From Camelus dromedarius (lineage: Eukaryota): 64,000 nucleotides of DNA. Positions 38,580 through 50,440 of this stretch are shown here, one piece after another; position 1 is the stretch's first letter, and each line of letters begins with the position of its first letter. The stretch is from contig NC_087436.1 of the NCBI RefSeq assembly GCF_036321535.1, positions 56,856,001 through 56,920,000 on the forward strand, given 5' to 3'. The translations under genes were made by a program, and so were the position numbers. Below the pieces are notes generated by a model that was not told the origin of the DNA, ran no database searches, and saw nothing but the letters and a program-made list of their open reading frames with translations.

Positions 38580-39564
38580 CTGTAAAAAATAGATTTCATT
38601 AGGACTGTCACTCTCTAAAAAACAAAGAATAAACACAGATGAAAATCATACTTCTGTTATACAGACATAAAGGTATATTAATATACTATTAAAGTAACAC
38701 AAATTATCTTGGTTAACAGGTCAATAAAAATTCAAATGACTTTAATATTTATTGTCTTAAATTCTTATTTGCTTTCTAAAAATCTACAATAATTGTCTGA
38801 GAAAGGAGCTCTGATAATTTCTCCATTTCTCTACTGTGTAACAGTAGTGCATGACTGTTACAAATGCAGAAGAGAAGTAGCCAAGAAAATTACATTTGAG
38901 CAGGAAAAAAGAAGATAATCTGAACAGGGTATTTAATACTCTTTTTAAAATAATTTTTAAAACTCTTTAAACAACTGTATTTTCGTTTGAGCACAAAGAG
39001 TAATACAGAAGGAGGATGTACTGAACATCCTGAACGTCCTTCATGTCGCATCCACTCCATATCCAATGTTTGGGGAACTGAACTCTTTCAGATCACAGCC
39101 CCAGGTATCTACTACGCTGGATGTGCTTCCTGCTCCAGGCACTTAGCAAGAGTGGAAGGGAACCAGTTGCATCTGAGACAGTCAGACTTCTTTGTGTACC
39201 ACAGTCTTTAATCCCCAATCTTTCTTTCCTTCTCTATGAAATTTTCTACATATTAACATTTAGTTTGATCTCCCTTAAACTTCAACATGTATCTATTTCA
39301 TTGCTCCAAAAGAAGGAAACAAATATATAATATGATAGTAAAATAAAAGATGATATAATTTTAATAGATACTCAGAAACATGGAACAAGTACAAATCAAA
39401 AGAAATCTAGTTCTAATTCATTCTAATTCAAATGACAAGCTCAGAATTCAACAAGGACAAGTGGCTCACACTGAATACTGGTTTGTAGGAAGACAGGTGA
39501 AACTAGGCCCAAAAAAGAAAGAAAATAACTGATATTTCTCTAACACTTAAAACCAAAGATTTTA

Positions 39565-39722
39565 TACAGAATTTTCATTTGGGATGATGAAAAAAATTCT
39601 GGAAATGGATAGTGCTAATGGTTGCACAACATGGTAAAGATACTTAATGCAAATAATGAATTGTGCACTTAAAAATGGTTAACATGGTTAACTTTTAAGA
39701 TAAGTACATTTTTACCAAAATG
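39565..39722 (+). mobile_element. L1MB-like 3' UTR end
   Basis: TTTGGGATGATGAAAAAAATTCTGGAAATGGATAGTGCTAATGGTTGCACAAC...GAATTGTGCACTTAAAAATGGTTAA. Confidence 0.75.
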
Positions 39723-41257
39723 TTTTAATGTAGGTATTATTTTTTAAAGACTTTTTCTTTACTCTCAAACACACACACATTACTTTCATATTTTAATAAA
39801 TATATCTGCCTACACAGTATTTTAAAATATACGTAATAAAGTTCTATCTTAATTATTTTCCTCTTGATCCCATGATCCTGTAATCTAGTCCTAAATCCAT
39901 CCATCAGTTTAACATTCTAAATTCTATATTCTAGTAGAAACATACTTAATTCACCAAAGAGAGAAAAACAGATTCTAATCTGAAAATGAGAATCTTCAGT
40001 TAATCATGAGGCTGAACTGACCTAAGTTAGGTCAAAAATTAAACGATATTTCCAACAGAACAAAGTAAATCCATTTTGGATAGTTAGCTAATATATTTTT
40101 CCTAGGATCTCCAAAGAAGTAACAATTCCCCTTGGTTACTTTATCTAACAGGCAGTTAGGAAGAACTTAACTCTATTTACTCTCAACCTCTCAACCTTTA
40201 CTCAATCATCAGAAATGTAAACAAAATGCCCATCACCATATGAAAAATCTCTCTTGTTATTTAAATCGTCAAACTCCTTTTTGTGTAGTTTTTTTTCCCC
40301 TGAGCTTCGTAATATTAATTGTCTTGGGTTTTTGACATTAACATCTTTTCTAAATCTTTAATCATCTTTATTAGTCAATCTCAGGCTTTCTACTCACTTG
40401 ATTTAAACTAGAGAACAGGAAAAGCCTAAACTAACACCAGTGGGAAAGGCCCAATGCATAGAAACAAATTTAAAACTTGTTAAAGACGGCATCTCCCTAA
40501 ATAGTCCAATGAGCTTCATTTATCCCCAGAACCACTTCCTCCAGCCATCCACTCAATAGAAAGATAAATTTTCCTCCTTAATTGGGTAGGATGTAGCACT
40601 ATTATGAGTTGTGAGCAGCAAAGGAAAGATTACAAGGTCACTCATTATTTGTATAGTTCATTTCTCCTTTGTTTTTGCAAGTCTAAATAGCTTGCATTTG
40701 TTTGAAGCAGTAATAACTTTCTGTCATCAGCAAATCTTTATATATTATATGACAGCTGTAAGTGTGTGTATTTCATAAATGCACAATGTGTAGGAAGGAA
40801 GCAGTCACGGGAGGCTCCTGGGTCAGGTTCAGTATAAATCAAACTAATCACAAGCAAATGCTTCTCCTTTGATCTTTAAATATATTTTTCAGTACTGTTG
40901 TCCAATTTTTCATATACTTAATTGTAGCTGCCTGTATGCTTCTTTAAAAACACTGCTTTGTGGTCTCACTTAAGCTGCAAGCAGGCATGGCTGCAGCTGT
41001 TGGAACTACCTCTGAGCTTCTGTTTACTGATGCAGAAATGAAGGTAAACAAGGAAAATGTATGCTCTTCAAGAGAATGGTATCTTTACTGAGCCACCCCA
41101 TTAACTTAGATAAGAAAGGATCTAATATCAATCACCTGCACTTGGGACTAAAACTCACCCCTATGGATACATTTTAACCCTTTAATCTGTAATTACGGAT
41201 TGTAAGATGTTTTCTCTTGAAAAGGAAGTCCAGTCTTCAGTAAGTGGATGTGCAGAC

Positions 41258-41326
41258 TGTGTGTGTATGTGAGTGTGTGTGTGTGTGTGTGTGCGTGCGT
41301 GTGTGAGACAGACAGACAGAGAGAGA
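41258..41326. repeat. Compound (TG)n / (GACA)n / (GA)n microsatellite
   Basis: Directly visible. Confidence 0.9.
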
Positions 41327-41649
41327 TCGGAGAGGATGTAAGAGAAAATGGTATCATAGACTTGGGCTTCCCCCATCTTACTTTGACTAGGAAATACCCA
41401 AAGGTAAATTTTCTCCAGTTATTTCAGATGAGTATCTCCTCTCACATAGTCTTTTTCTTCCCTGAGAAAGAAATGACACAGAAAAAGTTATTAGGACTAT
41501 GTACTGAGCACCAAGAGTAAGTGAGGGATCCTGGGAGGCCTGTTACCACCCTTTACCACTATCAGTTAGCTTTATGCTGCTCTACAGATGGGAAGAAATC
41601 TTCAAAGGGATTAAATAACTTCCTTACACACAGCAAGAAAGAACACAGT

Positions 41650-41880
41650 TTCCAGTAAAGGCTCGGAAGTTAGACAAACGTGACTTCACGTTACGCTCTG
41701 CCCTCTATCAATTGTGTGCCGTGAATTTACTAGGCCTCTCTAGGCTTCAACTATCTCTCCTTGAAAATAGGGACTAGGACTCCACCTGCCTCACAGAGCT
41801 GTTGAGCAGATTAAATAAAACACCGGCACAACACATAGCACACAATGCACAGTAAATGTTCAGTGCCATTGGTATTATCA
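41650..41880 (+). mobile_element. MIR SINE
   Basis: CTCTGCC...CCTGCCTCACAGAGCTGTTGAGCAGATTAAAT...CAGTAAATGTT. Confidence 0.6.
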
Positions 41881-43980
41881 CTCTACACTATCAGTTCTCA
41901 CAGGCTGGACATCTCCCGCAAGGACATATGGGGCAGAGAAGACAACTTCCAAACTGACCGGTCTGACTTGGCTTTTCCCTTCCCTCCTTAAAGGAAGACC
42001 ATACACCCCTCTTCTCCCTCTGCTTCTCTGAGCCTAAACCTTCTCCTCACTTATCAAAAGAGCTTGGTATGCACACAATCAACCCCAGCTCCCAAGTCCT
42101 CCTTCCCTGCTGACCACTTTTCAAGTCTGAATTTCCCCAACTCCATTCCCACAGGATGGTAGCCTCATACCCCCACTTCCCAGGGCAGTTATGTGTTGCC
42201 ACTGTACCAAATGGCCAAACGGTAAGAATCAATAAGGTGATACTTGTGAAGAAGCCTTGAGTTGAGGGTCAGGAAAGGACAAGAAGGAAAGATAACAAGA
42301 GAACACACAGCAAAGGGAACAAAGGAGGGGACTGGGATAGAGGTCAGAATAGGGAACCAAGGCCATGAGGGAAGAAAGGGTCATGAGATGTCCCAGGTAC
42401 AGGGTCCAGGCCTCATCTCTGGGTGTGTTGTATATCACTGTGCACATGCACAAAATAGTATGTAAACAGAACAAAACATCAAAATAGTAACTAATTATAG
42501 AAGCAAGAAGATCTCATACTTTGATTTGAATAACTAAAATAACCTAAATGACTATAATTAATAACTATAATTTAGAGCTAATTAATTTACAGTAATACTT
42601 ATATATGTCATTAAACATGTCATTAACTTAACGTACTCCAATAAAATTTATAGCTAAACTTCTCCCAAACACTTAGCCTCCATACAAATGTGTGGTTCCA
42701 AAAGTATTTCTTAAAACTTTTTAACAAAAAAGGAAAGTAGCTCTATGTCTTTATAAAACTACACTGAAAATAAAATATTAATATCTCAAGATGGCGTACC
42801 ACTTAGACAAGGATCTCAAAGATGCACTGAAGAGAAAACCTGTCTTATCCACAAAGAAGCACACCTCTTGGGATTCATAAGGAGTTACAGACATAACTGT
42901 TACACTAATCCTTCCCCAAAGCTATTACATCTTAAGAGTACATCACAGAAGCAAACCAATCATTGAATTCACAGCAAAAAAAACCCAAACAAAATCAATG
43001 AAAGCATCATAGAGCTTTCGCTTTTAAAAGTTAGTACCCAATATGGCAGATATCATTTTAAATAAGTCTGTCTAAGATTCCTCTATAAAATGAACATCTA
43101 ATACAGCTGCTATATTGCCCGAAACTTTTTCATAAAGAGGCAAAATGTTTAGCCATAGCAGTGACTCCAACACTGTCTTAGAATTCTCTAATGAAATGTA
43201 TCCTTCCAAACCATAGGGAATTCTCAATATGCACACAAAAACCTCTATTTGTCTTTCCTTGGAAATAAGCCATTAGTTACAAACCTCAGAAAATAGGTGC
43301 TAGCAATAGAAATGATCTATTGAAAATATATGTGCCTAAGAATATTACAGAGATCATTTTATAATATAGATAACACTTTAGTAGATGCTTACTGAGAACA
43401 ATTTATGCTGGTTCAAAAGAAATGCACTTCAGTAATTACATTATTACATGCTATGGGTAACAAGCAGGAGACAGGTACCTATATAATGAGCCACTGCCAA
43501 CATGCCAGTTTTCACCCTTCTGCATATTTTCAACAAATGTGGAATGTTTGGAAATGTGTGACCCTGACACCATGGGTATGACAGGAATGCCATCAGGCTT
43601 AGTAAATGTAAAAAAGGAACACATAAATATGACAGCTACAGAAAGAGACACTAACAGAAATTTCCCATGTCCGAAAACCATGGGAACTAAACCATGGGAA
43701 AATAAAAGCTATTGTTTTTCTAACAGTGCCATTACCAAAATTTGGAGAAATACATTTACTAAAAACACTATACCAATCTGACCAACAGGATCTTCTTGAG
43801 GCAGAGGAAAGCACAGAGACAAATCTTATTTTTAAAAAATTCCTAATTAATAGACTATCTTTAATTTTGATTTAAAACATATTTTAGTACCTACTAGTAG
43901 TACCTACTGTAGAATAAAAAATTTGAATCCAGATATCTAGCTGTTTATCTCCCACATATTTCCCAGAATACTGTCTGGGA

Positions 43981-44047
43981 AATAATAACAAAATAATAAC
44001 AATAATAACAATAATAACAATAATAATAATAATAATAATAAAATAAT
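43981..44047. repeat. (AATAATAAC)n grading into (AAT)n
   Basis: Directly visible. Confidence 0.9.
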
Positions 44048-45854
44048 GTGATTTTTTGCACCACTACCCCCCCAAAATGCCTAAAACTATTTGAGCGTTA
44101 CTCCAAAAGAAAGGACTCACAGAACTTGCTTTCCTGCCCAGCGATGAATGCTACTCAATCACTAAGAAATATCACAAATAAACAAAAATGGTCAGTTTTC
44201 AGCCACTAACGCGAGCAGAAGAACATCTAAGAAGAACTATTTTTTTCAGCCATAGCCTTTAAAGCTTTTTTCCACATCTCAACTTATTTACTACCACTCC
44301 AGTGCTTATCAGTCTGCCCTACATTAAAGGTGTTCTGTCTTGCACTGTATATGGTTATTATGGTTATATGTTAGTGCCTCGACCAGCCAATAATACACCT
44401 CAACTACATACAAAATGTCAGTCTCAGGCCTGGATGTCTAATGTGAACGTGCTCCTTTAAAATGAGGCTACTTTGAATTCATTTTAACATCTTTTTCTGT
44501 GAAAGAAAATGACTTGGCTTTCTGTAGGTTAGAATGGTGAAAAAAACCCAGCAATCACTGATGTCTCTGTATGTTGGTAAAATTCTGATTCATATGAGCA
44601 CTGGTTACTTTAACTATGTGCCTTATTTTTTAGCTTATGAGTCAAACTGTAATCAGCTTTACCCAAAAGTCTGAAAATACACCTTATATGGTAGCAATGA
44701 AGAGAATACCTCAAAGTATGTGTCATTATGCCTTATAAAACCAAACGGAAGAGGGTGATTACGCCTCTTTTCTTATGTAGTCACTGAGCTACCTAGTACG
44801 GACATATGTTTGTTCTGCTAAAATGCCTATTCTAATCTAAATGGATTTCCTTGATGAGTCTCTCTGAATTGAAATAACATCTTTATTCTTCTCTACCAGT
44901 GTCCTAATAAAATAAACATTCCTTTTTAAACTGTAATTCACTATTAAGATGCCACATAACATTTTCATTTTATAGTTAATCCATGTGTTTAAGCCCAAAG
45001 ATTTAATGTGTTCTGTAGTTAATGTGTGAAGGTAATTCTACCAGAAATGTGGAAGGTATAGTGGTTTTTAAAAAAAAAAAAAAGAGAGAGAACATTCACA
45101 AACATCTCAAAATCAAATTTGTTACTTACAGAGAAATCAGTGTTTCTATGTAGTCCACTCTATAATAATAAGGAAAATGGTAAGAAATGTCACAGAAAGT
45201 TATAAAGGTTCAAAATGCATTGGTCACATCCAGTTTACCTACGAACAGATTAGCACTGAAATTCACACATTTTAACCCTTCCTTCTTGTGAGGTTCTTCT
45301 CAGTGATAAGATTAAATCCTCTCTGAAATTGTAAGCAAACTGTATGCAAATATACATGTATTTTCCATTGAGTCTGTCCATAGCTTTCCCCAAATTCTCA
45401 AAGGCATCTATGACCAAAAAAATGTTAAGACCTAATGATTTAATGAAACCTTAGAATAGTGTTTCTCAAAGTGTGGTTCCTAAACCACTAGTGCCAGCAT
45501 AGTTCAATGATGGGAAACAAATCACAAGCCTTTCAAAACCCACAAGCTAAAGATGTTTAGAAAAAAAGAAAAACTCCTTTAGCATCAAGAAAATTTAAGA
45601 ACTCAAAACAGAATTAATACTTATCCAAAGTGGTGCAGAATCATGATTTCACATGCTAATGGTAGATAAGTGTAGCTTAAAAAAATGGTGACTCACTTTT
45701 AAACTTTTAAAATGTTCATAGCATAAAATCACTAACATTTAAGAAGGGTCTATTCCAACAAGGCACTACATTCAATACCGAATTCTAAGAAATTCCCTCA
45801 TCTACTCTTTTCTACTATTTAACTTTTCCCAGGTATATGCAGCTCTCCAGAAAG

Positions 45855-46317
45855 CAGTGTTCCTCAAACTATCTGTGGTTGAAGGCACTATCTGTGCACA
45901 AAGATTTTTTCCCTCAATTTGCCTTTACCGATTCTTCTGTAATCTACAATAAAGACAAATTACTGGGGAAAAAAAGAAGTAAAGAAACCATTCAAAATAT
46001 AAGACCAAGGGGGAGGGTACAGCTCAGCGGTAGAGTGCATGCTTAGTATGTATTAGGTCCTGGGTTCAATCCCCAGTACTTCCGTTAAAATAAACAAATA
46101 AACCTAATTACCTTCCCACCAAAAAATAAAAATAAATAAATAAATCAAAATATAAGACCAAATTTTTTATCATCAGATTCAACCAACATAAAATTACTCT
46201 GTAGAACCACAGAAGTTTCTAGATACTTATTTTTCATTTCTATCCTTATTTCATCTCAAACTGTAACTGACAGTTTGCTGGTCTGTAGGCCAGCAAGGAT
46301 GCTCCTTTGAGGCAATG
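45855..46317. mobile_element. hAT/Charlie-type MITE interrupted by a SINE
   Basis: Ends CAGTGTTCCTCAAA / TTTGAGGCAATG; internal ATTCAACCAACATAAAATTACT matches ATTCAACAGACATAAAATTACT in a second copy at about 54533-54790. Confidence 0.6.
46009..46144 (+). mobile_element. tRNA-derived SINE (Vic-1-like), full length
   Basis: GGGGGAGGGTACAGCTCAGCGGTAGAGTGCATGCTTAG...GGTCCTGGGTTCAATCCCCAGTAC, tail AAACCTAATTACCTTCCC; perfect 17-bp TSD TCAAAATATAAGACCAA (45992-46008, 46145-46161). Confidence 0.92.
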
Positions 46318-47199
46318 ACTGAATCTTCTATTTCTCTTTAGAACCACTGTATAAGGACTGAAACATAATACAAAATAAACTTTTAATGAGTTGTCACACT
46401 AGAAATTAAAGGTGCTTAATAAACGGGCTATTATTTAATAATTTAACTCATTTCCAATTTTTTTGGTCTTATGTTAAACAAAGCGACGAATGATATCGTA
46501 CATTTATTTTGGCACACATATTTGACGTTTTCTTTAGGAACTGCTTCTAAAAAGGTATACACATTTAAATGTTTGATCCATGACACTACACTGCCAGCAA
46601 GAATATCTGCAGCCATTTACAAGTCTGCAAACTATGTATGAGCGTGTCCGTTACCTACACCCTCGCAATCCTTAGTTTTATAAAAGAAACCTGAGGGTAA
46701 TTCTACCTCTACCACTAACAAATTCTGTGACCTTGGGCAAGTCATTTACATCTCTGGCCTCATCTATTCAGCAGTACAAGAAAGTTGGCTCAAATGTTCC
46801 AGGATACCTTTCAACTCTAAACCATAATAAATATTTACAAAGACTTTACAATCTCTCATTAGTCTAAAGTCAATACAATTAGGATCCACTCACTACTCAG
46901 GCACTAAAATAAATTTTGTATTCTTCTACAATTACTTCACATATATTATTCTTATTTCTCTATTACAAAATACTGAAATGGCAAACATGGGTGCTTTTCA
47001 AAAACCTGAAACTGCATCAACATTAGAAATGTAAAAGGCTGGATTTTTCAGAGCTAATTAGGAGAGGAGAATCTGGCTTACAGACTTTTTTCAGATCCCA
47101 AATGAGTTTTTCTTTTAGAATGAATTAGCCTCAACAAGAAGAATCTCCTTTCCGCTGGTACCAACTGAGCCCTCTGGCATTTAATGCTGAATTATGCCT

Positions 47200-47990
47200 T
47201 CACTCATTCATCGTATGTTTACTGAGTGAGTACATATGGACCAGATGCACTAATGACTATAAGAATAAATTATGAGGCTAATGGGGAAGGCAACTACTCA
47301 TTGATTTCATCATTTAACCAATACTTCCCAGGTGCCTATTACGTGCCAGTCTATTCTAGGTATGGGAATACAAGAAGGAACAAAAGGAGTCCATTCCCTC
47401 ATGGAACTTTAATTCAGTCAACTGGTAAGAGACAATCAACATATAAACACACAGATAAGTAATTAAATGTCAGGCAGTAATTAGAATTACAGAAGAAAAA
47501 TAAAGCAAATGATAGAAAGTGTCAGGAAATGCTCTTTAAAGTAAGGAAATCAGGGAAGGTAACATATGAACAGAAACCAGAATGAAGTAAGAGAAAGAAC
47601 CATGCAAGTATTTAGGGGGAAGGCATTCTGGGCAGAGGGACAAGCAGAGGTAAGGATACTCCAGAACAATAAAGAGTAATATAAAAATGTATCAAAGTTA
47701 CCAATAACACAAAGGCTGGAATGACTAATATACCTCGGTGGCATGAAGAAGTTTCGCAAAGACAATGACGATTGCCCTGAGTGCTGAAAGACAGGTCGGA
47801 ATTTGCAGGATCAAAACAGAAGGGATGTATGAGCTCCAGAAAAAACCAAAAAGCACGTGAAAGACATGATGATATGAAAGTACTACCATTTCCACAGAAT
47901 AGCAAGTAGTTGACCGTGTTCACATGTTAGGGAGAAAGTGACAGGGAAACTAACAGCCCAGGCTGGCCAGGATGCCAAAAGCCACACAGT
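47200..47990 (-). mobile_element. LINE L2 fragments
   Basis: TTCATCATTTAACCAATACTT...GGTGCCTATTACGTGCCAG...GGGGAAGGCATTCTGGGCAGAGGGACAAGCA. Confidence 0.7.
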
Positions 47991-49345
47991 AAAAGGGCAC
48001 AGTATGTGACAATAAATAACTCCAGAAGAATCTAAGTTTACAAGTTGCTTCCACAGTAACTCGTGTGGTCTCTTTAAAATTTTTATTGCTTAGAACAGAG
48101 TACTTACATTATACAACTATCACTCCTGGATGCCACACTGTTTCCAAGAAATCCATGCTCGTCTACTCCTGGTTCTTTTCAGTACTTTTTCTACCACACA
48201 CTTTCTCTTACCCCTTAAAGAAGATGAGTAAGTCTTCACTCCATTCCTGTCTCTAGAAGTATGGCTTCAGCTTCCTTTGTACATTTGTAGCCTTTCAAAA
48301 TTAAGATTCATCAACACTTGGGCCCAAAGAGTTAACTTTTCTGTATATGGAATTATTTTATTTATCCCAATTGGGATCTGTTGAGGAAAAAAAAAATCCT
48401 AGGAAACCTTTCCTTCCAGCTCTCTTTGTTTAGGTCAGAACTACCACCAATACCCCCTTGATGGGTCTCCTGTGCCTTTTCTTGCCGTCGCAGGTTCATT
48501 TTTCTAGGTCAATAATCCAGCCCGCACAGTTGGCTTTTATCAATAGTACCAAATGTTGGTGGATCGCTTCTAGCACTCTGGTCTCTCATCACAAGACATT
48601 GATTTACCCCTAGATGTTTTACTCTGTCCACAGAAAGCAAATGCATGATCACAGACAGCAGCTGGAAGTAGAAAGGAAATGTTCTTACGTCAGTGCCACT
48701 ATTTTTTCTTTCCTTTTTTAAACTAAGAGCAAGACTGAAGGATTCTTGTTGCAGTGCGACTGCTGTGCCATCTGTATCTGAGCTCTGGGTAACATGGGAC
48801 TTGGCAGGGGACAAGGTGCTGACAGCAGTTAGGGAGAGTCTATTAAGCAATGTCACTGTTCCCAGTTGTGCAAAGTCTGCACAGAGGCGGGAGTGAGCAA
48901 GTGGAGGAGGCTAAGATTTTGGTTTGCCTGATAGAATATGTCTAAAGCACGTTGTCTGTGGTTTCATCTTCACCCTGCTTCCCACCTATTCTATCAGTCC
49001 TTTGACGAATCAATCACCTCTTCCCTTCAGAGTAAGAGCCCAGGGTCACTTAAATATAGGGACAAGATCAAGGCCATTACTGTTAAGAACAACAACAACA
49101 ACAACAACAAAAAACCCCCAAGAATTTACTAGCAGAAGTCACAGGTAAATCTAGTCTCTATATGGTGCTTTTCTTGTGTAAATCAAAAATATCACTACTA
49201 CCAACTATTGATCATTACTGAATGATAGAAGACCAACATTTTACTTAAAAGTTTTTGAGTTATATTAAAGTAGTTGATATAAATCCCATTCTTTCAGCAA
49301 ATGGTTAACAAGCATATAATATATACCAGCACATAAAGTATTTCT

Positions 49346-49380
49346 TGTGTGTGTGTGTGTGTGCGCGCGCGCGCGTGCAC
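49346..49380. repeat. (TG)9(CG)6TGCAC alternating purine-pyrimidine tract
   Basis: Directly visible. Confidence 0.95.
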
Positions 49381-50440
49381 TCACGTATAAGTGTAGGGGA
49401 GGGAGCAGGAAAGGGAAGATAACAGAGTTATACTTTCTAATTGTTAAAAGTATGTGTAATTAACAGATAATAACTACCATTTTTGAGTATTCACTATATG
49501 CCAGGCACTATGCTAGACACTTTTTTACTTTCTCTTTTTACAAAACCTTCCCCTCCACATATAAAATGACAAAGATCAGATAACAAATGAAAAATGCTAT
49601 ATTTGCTCTTCCATCTCACACATTAACATTTTGCCTTAACATTTCTTTGGTGTATGCAAACATCTTTTCAAAAAGTTAAACATTAAGAATACATTTCCAA
49701 GAACATCTATCAGGCAACCCCCTGGTTAGCTTAGTTATTATTCTCTGCTGCCATCATTATAAGCCATTTCCTCAATTTCCATGCAAGATGGAAAAACAGC
49801 ATACCATAGTACAATATTATTTGAGCTAGAACTCCTATTTCAGGAGCAAAAGCCTTTAACTCATCCGTAAGTTCTCCAGCTACACTGTTCAACATTATAG
49901 ACATAAACTAGAGACCAACAAGCTCACATGTCATGTCTAATGGCTCAGAAACACTCAGGTAAGAAACATATTCCTTACAATAGATTCTTTAATCACAGGC
50001 ACACTTCATGGACTAAAACCTGTTCTGGAACAAAACCAATAGAACAGAAACTTAAATTTTTACTGAGAATTCTCTGAAGGGTTATGGCAAGCTTCAAGAG
50101 TAAAGTTTTTTTTTCAAAAAGTGTTGTTTTGTTACATTTTGTTTTGTTTGGAAGAAACAGGGAGGGAGAAGGGGATACCAGGCATTTTTCCCTACCAAAG
50201 TGATTGACAAATCAAAAACTTTATTCTTTAGAGCAATGTAAAATACACAAAAACTCAAAAAACTGGCAGACATGACCCAGCCCTAGCTGAAATTAGTATA
50301 TTTATTTTCTTCACTCCAAATCTAAAACTCTATTTAGGTATTTGATTAAGTGAATAGAAATCTTTCTTGATTTTCACTTGATAATTACTCTGCAACCATA
50401 AAAAAAATCAGTAAATTTTTTTTTTTGAAATAGTTTGAGA

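Noticed and set aside
38424..38636. ORF-track 70-aa ORF as a standalone gene
   Set aside because: Only 38428-38579 is exon; the N-terminal part is intronic and the stop codon is the TAA inside the GTAAAT donor.
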